From NCBI GenBank assembly GCA_964565085.1, contig CAZMCS010000002.1, positions 1 to 42,949 of the forward strand: a DNA stretch of 42,949 nucleotides. The letters run 5' to 3'. The notes below the pieces were generated by a model that saw only the letters and a list, made by a program, of their open reading frames with translations, made no database searches and was not told the DNA's origin. The stretch's first letter is position 1. The number at the start of each line of letters is the position of its first letter. A program made the translations under genes and the position numbers. This DNA is from an uncultured Muribaculaceae bacterium. GTDB lineage: Bacteria > Bacillota_I > Bacilli_A > RF39 > UBA660. Shown here in pieces: positions 36,150-42,570 of this stretch.

Positions 36150-36572
36150 ATGGCTAAGTTTTGTGTATCACTGTCAGATTACTATATAGCTGATCAGATA
36201 GCAAATCTTATTAATACATATAACCGATTATATAAGCTGCATACTGCCGAAAGCATAATGTCAAGTAACACTACTTATTTAGTCGAAATACTTGGTACTG
36301 AGGTAGTAGGTTGTGTGGGAATAACAACTGAGAGCTATGAAATAAGTAGAATACATCACATCTCTGTAAAACCAGAGGTTAGAAAACGTGGTATAGCTAA
36401 GAAACTAACGTGCTTAGCTATAACACAATGTCAAACCACTAATGTATATATGACCATAAGGGCCGACAACTACGCGAGTCTGGCATTAGCTATTGAATTG
36501 GAATTTATATTTGTTAACAGCTATTGGAACAGAGACCACTATGTAATCACAGCTGCAAGGAGACTGAAGTAA
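36150..36572 (+). CDS. GNAT-family N-acyltransferase
   Basis: HISVKPEVRKRGIAKKL is acetyl-CoA-binding motif A (R-x-x-G-x-A). 140 aa. Confidence 0.7.
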   Translation: MAKFCVSLSDYYIADQIANLINTYNRLYKLHTAESIMSSNTTYLVEILGTEVVGCVGITTESYEISRIHHISVKPEVRKRGIAKKLTCLAITQCQTTNVYMTIRADNYASLALAIELEFIFVNSYWNRDHYVITAARRLK

Positions 36573-37306
36573 TGGGTGTTGTGAATCAACAAGTAGAACA
36601 GGAAAACAAAAGCACTAATATCAAGTACATGTCTGTAGAACTAACAAGAAAATCCAAAATTATCACCAACACAAGCATAGAAGATATGGAATATGGATTA
36701 TTTAAAGGACTAGATTTTAAAACAAAAGCTGTTTACCAAGATCTAGATGATACAAGAGTAATCATATATGATAATGCCAAGAAAACAACCAAATATTTAT
36801 CGCTTAAAGACTATAATATAGTATCCTTTGAGATATTTAACGGTTCCTCTAGAGATATAACATTTTTTTGGAGCACAGAGGCTGACCAGAAAGCAGCTCT
36901 TTCGAGATTAAATGACGCATTAGTAGCCATGCAAATTGTCGAAAGGGTTACATTGGATCAGAACATCATAGATGTCTCAAGTTATACGGATATAGCTCCT
37001 GGTCTAAGTATTGATAATAGAGACTATAACACAACACATAGTACTAGTAAAAGCAATTATAACACTACTACTACCACTACAAACGGTAACAAAAAGGAAG
37101 CCTCTGCGATGAAACGAAGTAGTAAGGTTCCTACAAAAGAATTTTTACACAAACTTAAAGCTAGTATTGATCAAATACGTACAGGAGATTATGAAGAAAT
37201 AGAATTTCCAATATTTGACAATAACAATGACGATAAAATGGACGAAGATGACAAATTACAGTTAGAGTATGGTCAAGAAAATATGTGGTCATACATGGGT
37301 TACTAG
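36572..37306 (+). CDS. hypothetical protein
   Basis: The ATG at 36572 overlaps the GNAT stop (TAATG) and follows AAGGAGA. The track's start at 36524 is unlikely. Confidence 0.5.
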   Translation: MGVVNQQVEQENKSTNIKYMSVELTRKSKIITNTSIEDMEYGLFKGLDFKTKAVYQDLDDTRVIIYDNAKKTTKYLSLKDYNIVSFEIFNGSSRDITFFWSTEADQKAALSRLNDALVAMQIVERVTLDQNIIDVSSYTDIAPGLSIDNRDYNTTHSTSKSNYNTTTTTTNGNKKEASAMKRSSKVPTKEFLHKLKASIDQIRTGDYEEIEFPIFDNNNDDKMDEDDKLQLEYGQENMWSYMGY

Positions 37307-37315
37307 GGAAGGCCT

Positions 37316-38305
37316 ATGCAATTAATAGGGCATGAAAAAGAAAAAAAGATAATATATACTGCTTTGTTGTCTGCTACTAGAAGAAATAAAGCGCTACCAC
37401 ATCTGCTATTCTCAGGATCAGCAGGCTGTGGAAAAACTACTCTGGCTAAGGAAGTAGCAAAAACGGCAAATGTTCCGATGTTTGTAATAAGCCCTGAGAA
37501 TTTGGGGAAGCCATCAGATGTAATAGAAAAACTCAAATTACTTCCAAGAGAAAATTACGACGACTTTGGCAACAGAATAGGCCCAATTAGCGCCCCTATT
37601 ATATTTATAGATGAAATTCATAGACAAGCTCTCGGAGGGCAAGAAGTCCTAGGTATAGCGATGGAGGAGTTCGAGCTAGCTATGGACAAAGAACGTAAAA
37701 ATATGTGGCTACCTTATTTTACCGTAATAGGTGCTACTACAGATGACGGTAAACTTTCTAAGCCTTATAGAGACAGGTTTAAGATAAGATTTCTATTTGA
37801 GCCATATTCTTTCGATGACTCTATTAAAATAATAAGAATGCATAGTGTAAGACTTGGAATAATATTAACTCCAAAAGCTGTCAGATCAGTAGCTCAGAAA
37901 GGAAGAGGTGTACCTAGAATAATAGTAGGTTATCTGGAGAGAATACGTGATAAATGTCATACAGAAAATCTATTATGTGCCACTAGTAGAGTAGTGGATG
38001 ATGTGTTTACAGAGTTAGAAATAGATGCTACTGGATTATCAGCTGTCGAACTAAAAATTTTAAATGCATTATATCATTCTGAAGATCCAATAGGTCAAGA
38101 CAATTTATCTATACTGGTAAATGAATCTCCTAAGACATTGAGTAATTCTATAGAGCCGTTTCTTATTCAAAGAGGTTTGATAATAAGGAGTGGTAAAGGA
38201 CGAAAAATAACAAATACCGGCAGAGAGTACCTAGAGGAGCATGGTCATATAAAGGACAAAGAAAGACCAAAGTACCTTATAGAGCCAGGCTATGTGAGGA
38301 CGTAA
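37316..38305 (+). CDS. RuvB-like AAA+ ATPase
   Basis: LLFSGSAGCGKTTLA (Walker A), IFIDEIHR (Walker B), VIGATTD, DRF. The C-terminal winged-helix-like ELKILNALY...IEPFLIQRGLI follows RuvB domain order. Confidence 0.8.
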   Translation: MQLIGHEKEKKIIYTALLSATRRNKALPHLLFSGSAGCGKTTLAKEVAKTANVPMFVISPENLGKPSDVIEKLKLLPRENYDDFGNRIGPISAPIIFIDEIHRQALGGQEVLGIAMEEFELAMDKERKNMWLPYFTVIGATTDDGKLSKPYRDRFKIRFLFEPYSFDDSIKIIRMHSVRLGIILTPKAVRSVAQKGRGVPRIIVGYLERIRDKCHTENLLCATSRVVDDVFTELEIDATGLSAVELKILNALYHSEDPIGQDNLSILVNESPKTLSNSIEPFLIQRGLIIRSGKGRKITNTGREYLEEHGHIKDKERPKYLIEPGYVRT

Positions 38306-38306
38306 A

Positions 38307-39080
38307 ATGCCAGAAATAAATAAGCAAAATAATGTTCATTTGGATATAATATCACAAGAAGAGGTAGAAACTAAAGAGTCGTTTCCATTATTTATTTTAG
38401 GAGATACTCTTGAAGAAGCAGAAGAAGTATACCAAAAATTTGAAAGTTACCTCAATAAAATAGCATATACATACGCTACTGTATACCACGTAGAAAAATA
38501 CGATGTTTTTAGTGAGGCTTTATTAGGCCTTGGAAAAGCAATAAAAGGATTTGATAAACAAAGGAACGACAGTTTCATGTCATATGCTATGGTAGTAATT
38601 AAAGACACGCTGCATGAATATGTGAGAAAAATGTCCAGAGCGGTAGTAATACCTTCATATATAAAAAAGACTAATACCGTGTTAAGCAGAGTCAATGATA
38701 TTGCGTTGCCACCAGAGGAACGAGAAAAAGCTTTTGCTTTGTTAAAGAAGGCAGCCAAAAGGGCGGGTCTAACCGTAGAAGAATTATCTAACAGGGCAAG
38801 CGTGTTACCATCTAGTATAGAATATACTAATCAAATAGATTATTCAGATCAGCCTAATACATCGCCTGATAAAAAGGCGATGCTTATTATGACATTAGAT
38901 AAGTTATTTAAAACAATGACTGCTACTGAAAAAGAGATAGCCAAAGGACTAATGGATGATCTAAACCAGAGTGAAATAGCTATAAGACTTAACGTAGATA
39001 AGGCATATGTATCAGAAGTGTTAAAAAAATTCAGGAAAAGACTCAAAAGACTTGGTATTAAGATAGAAGACATAATATAA
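38307..39080 (+). CDS. sigma-70-family sigma factor
   Basis: Region 2-like FSEALLGLGKAIKGFDKQRNDSFMSYAMVVIKDTLHEYVRK. Region 4-like HTH LNQSEIAIRLNVDKAYVSEVLKKFRKRLK. Confidence 0.75.
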   Translation: MPEINKQNNVHLDIISQEEVETKESFPLFILGDTLEEAEEVYQKFESYLNKIAYTYATVYHVEKYDVFSEALLGLGKAIKGFDKQRNDSFMSYAMVVIKDTLHEYVRKMSRAVVIPSYIKKTNTVLSRVNDIALPPEEREKAFALLKKAAKRAGLTVEELSNRASVLPSSIEYTNQIDYSDQPNTSPDKKAMLIMTLDKLFKTMTATEKEIAKGLMDDLNQSEIAIRLNVDKAYVSEVLKKFRKRLKRLGIKIEDII

Positions 39081-39106
39081 AATCATTTAAGGAGGCAAGT
39101 AACAGA

Positions 39107-39526
39107 ATTGGTAAATTACATGAAATATTAGCAGTAAAAGACGATTCGGAGAACGCATTCAAAAAAGCAGTACAAGAAACAAAATCTATATTTGAGAAAG
39201 GAGATTTTTTTAATTCTTCTGTAAAAGTGTTAGAGATGTTTGATGATGCTGAGAATGCTAAGATAGGAGGTATAACAGAATGTAAAGATATGACTACAAC
39301 TGTGTTCGATAAACTGGACGACATAGTAGGGCCTACAGCACGGTTTCTAGACATTCTATTTCAACAGGAATCAACCAACCAGACAGCAAAAGCAGACGTA
39401 ATAGTAGGGGGTAAAGCTATTATAGAAAACGCACCTGCCACATTTTTGTTATCCCTGGGAAAGAAGTTAAATTCAATGAGGGATATGTATGACACTATTC
39501 CTACACTGGCGCCAGGGATTAGTTAG
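39107..39526 (+). CDS. hypothetical protein whose frame has no canonical start (possible ATT start) or is a truncated gene
   Basis: The frame is open from 39062. A strong AAGGAGG lies at 39089-39095. The first ATG/GTG/TTG in frame is only at 39227, while an ATT at 39107 is correctly spaced. Confidence 0.4.
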   Translation: MGKLHEILAVKDDSENAFKKAVQETKSIFEKGDFFNSSVKVLEMFDDAENAKIGGITECKDMTTTVFDKLDDIVGPTARFLDILFQQESTNQTAKADVIVGGKAIIENAPATFLLSLGKKLNSMRDMYDTIPTLAPGIS

Positions 39527-39578
39527 GAGAAAGATGAGAAAGAAGGAAGACACGTTTTGATTATCAATAAAAAAATCA

Positions 39579-39670
39579 TTCCTTGGTCGTTGGTTCAATT
39601 CCAACCTGCCCGGCCACTAAAACTTTAAACTATCGGGCAGTAACTCAGTGGCAGAGCTAGGAATTATTAG
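39579..39670 (+). tRNA. circularly permuted tRNA gene: 3' half (positions 39-76, CCA encoded) at 39579-39616, a 17-nt linker, and 5' half (positions 1-38) at 39634-39670
   Basis: 3' half: TTCCT-TGGTC-GTTGG-TTCAATT-CCAAC-CTGCCCG-G-CCA. 5' half: CGGGCAG-TA-ACTC-AGTGGCA-GAGC-T-AGGAA-TTATTAG. The two pieces form a perfect 7-bp acceptor stem and a perfect 5-bp anticodon stem. U8, A14, G18G19, A21, T54T55C56 and G53-C61 are all present. The order in the DNA is 3' half before 5' half. Confidence 0.6.
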
Positions 39671-39730
39671 ATTAATATCTATTGAAAAGCAAGTGTGAAT
39701 AAAAGTGCAAACCAAACATATTGTCTATCT

Positions 39731-39742
39731 ATCGTATACGAT
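39731..39742. repeat. perfect 12-bp palindrome ATCGTATACGAT
   Basis: Read directly. It lies in the spacer upstream of the cca gene. Confidence 0.5.
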
Positions 39743-39753
39743 TATATGAATAA

Positions 39754-39783
39754 GGGGGTATTGGAAGGCAATCCAATGCCCCC
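39754..39783 (+). other. strong GC-capped hairpin (12-bp stem)
   Basis: GGGGGTATTGGA / TCCAATGCCCCC with loop AGGCAA and one G-T wobble. No T-tract follows on the plus strand. Confidence 0.6.
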
Positions 39784-39836
39784 ACAAGAAAATAAGAAAG
39801 CACATGTTATATATTATATTATAAGGACAAAAACCA

Positions 39837-41363
39837 ATGAAGACCCTAGAAGCATTACAAAAGTTGGATAAAGAAACTAAAGCCAAGGTGTATATAGTAG
39901 GCGGTTTCGTACGGGACTTCTTAAGAAACAAGATTAATAATGATTTGGATATAGTAATAAGAAAGTACCATATAGAACAAATAATCAAATTTTTGTCAAA
40001 TTATGGTAGTGTTAAAAAAGTTAAACTATCACATACTAAGAATCAGTTTGGAATGTCTATAATACTGTTTAAAGCACATGGAGACACCATTGAAGCACAA
40101 ATAAGTCTTCCAAAAAAAGGTAAAACTCAAAAACAACACCCAACACATAGTTTAAAAGACGACGTTAAGCACAGGGATTTTACTATAAACGCTATGTATT
40201 TACCGATAAACTTTAAATCTAAAAAAGACTTGATAGATTTAGTGGGTGGTCAATTTAGTATTTTCCACAGACGTATATTCGCTGTAGGTAACCCACTTGA
40301 GCGAATAGTGGAATCACCAATACGCATAATGCGAGCTATATCGCTATCAGCTAGAACAGGCTATACTATAGACCCATTCGTAACAACTACTATGAAACAC
40401 GAAGCCAAACTGCTATACAAAGTACCTTTAGAAAATATACGTAATGAGTTAAACAAAATCCTGCTCAGTAAAAAACCATCTAAAAGTTTTAAGTTAATGG
40501 CTTACACAGGCATACTTCGTGTAATACTGCCAGAATTAGATGATTGTAGAGGAGTAAAACAGGATCGTAGGTATCATAAATGGGACGTATTCCATCATTG
40601 TATATATACTGCTGATTCCACTCCAGAAGATTTAACTTTGAGACTGGCTGGATTGTTACACGATATAGGAAAACCAAAATCCAAAAAAACATTAATCAGC
40701 GATAGTGGAGAAAAAGACAGGCTAACGTTTCATAAACATGAGATAATAGGACACAGACTTGCTAACAAAATACTTACTCGTTTAAAATATGATAATAAAT
40801 TAAAAACGCAAGTATTGGATTTGATAAAAAATCATATGTATCATTATATAGGTAATGTATATTGTTGTACTAATACTAGTTCATTGTGTACATGGAGAAA
40901 AGCAGTAGCTAAGACTGACAAAAATTTGACAACGTGTCCTATATGCGGAAGCCCTGTAGTTATCAAAAACGGATGGACAGACAGTTCTATAAGGAGATTT
41001 ATTGCAAATACAGGTATGACAGAATCAGACATAGAGAACCCTGATACCTTTCCACTATTTATTTTAAGAAGTGCAGACAGAAAAGGAAACGGATTCAAAG
41101 ATTTGCTTGTTACTGATAAACAAAAAGATTTCCAAAATCGAATAAAAAGTGTATTTAAATCTAGTAAAGCGCTCAAAGTTGCTGATTTAGATATAGACGG
41201 TACCGATTTAATGAACACATTTAATCTAAGTCAATCTCCAAAAATAGGTACTATACTTTCATACCTATTGGACCAGGTAATAGAACATCCACATTTCAAT
41301 AATAAACTTGATTTATTAAAATTGTCTACAGAATTCTTGTTTAATAAAGGCATTACATACTAA
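39837..41363 (+). CDS. cca: tRNA nucleotidyltransferase (CCA-adding enzyme) with an HD domain and a Cys-rich insertion
   Basis: Head IVGGFVRDFLRNK..DLDIV, RDFTINAMY, body RIMRAISLSAR. HD domain FHHC...LAGLLHDIGKP...FHKHEIIG. Confidence 0.85.
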   Translation: MKTLEALQKLDKETKAKVYIVGGFVRDFLRNKINNDLDIVIRKYHIEQIIKFLSNYGSVKKVKLSHTKNQFGMSIILFKAHGDTIEAQISLPKKGKTQKQHPTHSLKDDVKHRDFTINAMYLPINFKSKKDLIDLVGGQFSIFHRRIFAVGNPLERIVESPIRIMRAISLSARTGYTIDPFVTTTMKHEAKLLYKVPLENIRNELNKILLSKKPSKSFKLMAYTGILRVILPELDDCRGVKQDRRYHKWDVFHHCIYTADSTPEDLTLRLAGLLHDIGKPKSKKTLISDSGEKDRLTFHKHEIIGHRLANKILTRLKYDNKLKTQVLDLIKNHMYHYIGNVYCCTNTSSLCTWRKAVAKTDKNLTTCPICGSPVVIKNGWTDSSIRRFIANTGMTESDIENPDTFPLFILRSADRKGNGFKDLLVTDKQKDFQNRIKSVFKSSKALKVADLDIDGTDLMNTFNLSQSPKIGTILSYLLDQVIEHPHFNNKLDLLKLSTEFLFNKGITY

Positions 41364-41416
41364 ATCAATAACGTCAATAAATATAAATAAGGTGTACATA
41401 AAAACAGATATAACAT

Positions 41417-41466
41417 AACCACATTTGTCCACTAATGCTTCCTTGCGATAAATATCAAATGTGGTT
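41417..41466. repeat. 11-bp perfect inverted repeat AACCACATTTG / CAAATGTGGTT with a 28-nt spacer
   Basis: Read directly (41417-41427 and 41456-41466), just downstream of cca. Confidence 0.6.
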
Positions 41467-41559
41467 GTGTACATATATTCTTCTAGTACTAAATATTCCA
41501 AAGTGAGTATGCGAGATGAAGCCAAAATGATGTGCTTACCCCTGCTTACAAATGAGAAT

Positions 41560-42045
41560 AGATATGTGCTATGAAGAAGTTTGGACGGCTGGTCGTAATG
41601 GCAATCCGCACTTCATTAACGTGAGTGTCGATGAAGAAAGATAGTCTGGTATCGCACCAATAATTGGTAAACAAAGACCAACGACAAGACCAGCATTAAA
41701 GTTGGTATATAAAGTAGCATAGGCATGGCTGTAATGCAACCAAGTTCTCACTAAACAACGAGAGTGTCTTAAATTTGTACGTTAAACCTCTATCAATCCT
41801 GTGACAATGATAGTATATGCTTTTCTTACTGGAAAATGTAAATACTCAAACTCAGGCGGTGATTTTGACACCTCATTATTCATCGTGAACAACGTTCAAA
41901 TGAGGGGCAAGATTATGGGTTTTTGAATTGGTAGTGGTAATCGCGTTTTTTAATCCCATAAAAACAATCTTGATATCCAATTAAAAACATTTCTACTACT
42001 AGAGAACTGGCAAACAAAAGTTCGAATCTTTTGCTTGATGTATCA
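41560..42045 (+). ncRNA. candidate large structured RNA (class unknown: group-I-intron-like core, or a ROOL/GOLLD-type phage RNA)
   Basis: No plus-strand ORF of 60 aa or more is listed between 41364 and 42570. Long-range pair GCTGGTC (41588-41594) / GACCAGC (41688-41694). Hairpin CTTCAT(41611-41616)/ATGAAG(41631-41636) followed by AAGATAGTC (41638-41646). Hairpin CCTCAT(41871-41876)/ATGAGG(41900-41905) with inner GAAC/GTTC. T-arm-like AAAAG-TTCGAAT-CTTTT (42016-42032). Confidence 0.3.
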
Positions 42046-42079
42046 TACGTATTATATGCTGTTCTAGTCGTCCAAATCT

Positions 42080-42164
42080 GGGTAGGTGCCCGAGCTGGCT
42101 GAAGGGGGCGGGCTGTAGACTCGTTGACTGAAAATCCGCGGTGGTTCAAATCCATCCCTACCCA
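42080..42164 (+). tRNA. tRNA-Tyr (anticodon GTA), class II, CCA not encoded
   Basis: Acceptor GGGTAGG/CCTACCC. D arm TG-CCCGAGCTGGCTGAAGGGG is nearly collinear with bacterial tRNA-Tyr. Anticodon arm GCGGG-CTGTAGA-CTCGT. 15-nt variable region. T arm GGTGG-TTCAAAT-CCATC. Discriminator A, followed by CAA. Confidence 0.8.
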
Positions 42165-42284
42165 CAAATAAATTCTTTTGTTTGGTTATATTATGACGTT
42201 GAAAGTTGTTTAAAACAAAATTTTTATAGTATTGACTGCGATAATAGTTTTATAAGTTTTTCCAAAAGTCATTTCGTATATTGT

Positions 42285-42570
42285 GAACTACCCACGACCC
42301 TAAAGGGTCGGGGCTTCTAATAGAAGTCGGTTCACCAGACTAAGCTATGAGAAATCACAGCTACGATATTTAGGTCATAACACCCTCGGTTGACGCATCA
42401 GACCGTTGCTCTGTTATCCGTGATTAAGTAGAGGTTAAGGGTACGCCTCGGTGTTGCGGATGTAAAAAGCCTATATATCTTTGTCGAGATGAGGACGGAA
42501 AAGCAACGTGGTAATAGCGTTGTAGAGTACGCATAACACCGCAAGGTGAATTATTCTGAAAGGAATTTTT
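42285..42570 (+). ncRNA. probable omega RNA (HEARO-type) of the downstream IscB; exact 5' end and guide not determined
   Basis: GC-rich, ORF-free, visibly structured leader immediately 5' of iscB, e.g. hairpin CCCACGACCC-TAAA-GGGTCGGGG at 42291-42313. IscB omega RNAs are encoded upstream of and abutting the ORF. Confidence 0.5.

Noticed and set aside
39527-39720. Alternative reading of the tRNA pieces as two conventional, adjacent tRNA genes or an intron-containing tRNA
   Set aside because: Upstream of 39579 there is no acceptor 5' strand or D arm. Downstream of 39670 there is no anticodon-stem 3' strand, T arm or acceptor through 39836. The two pieces are exact partners of each other, so only the permuted reading, or a rearrangement scar of one gene, fits.
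39725-39988. 87-aa minus-strand ORF overlapping the start of cca
   Set aside because: It overlaps the well-supported cca gene on the opposite strand and has low-complexity hydrophobic content typical of antisense AT-rich frames.
41569-41751. 60-aa minus-strand ORF with a hydrophobic segment inside the non-coding stretch
   Set aside because: It has a GTG start without an SD and lies opposite to every credible gene in the window. It overlaps the best-supported helices and is probably a chance ORF.
42006-42040. tRNA-like 3' fragment (AAAAG-TTCGAAT-CTTTT T arm plus GCTTGAT acceptor strand)
   Set aside because: I found no complementary 5' acceptor strand (ATCAAGC or G-U variants) with a D arm within about 700 nt upstream or in the spacer downstream. 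The only ATCAAGC in the window (about 17264) lies inside a coding region without tRNA features. I treat it as a hairpin of the larger structured region or a tRNA remnant.
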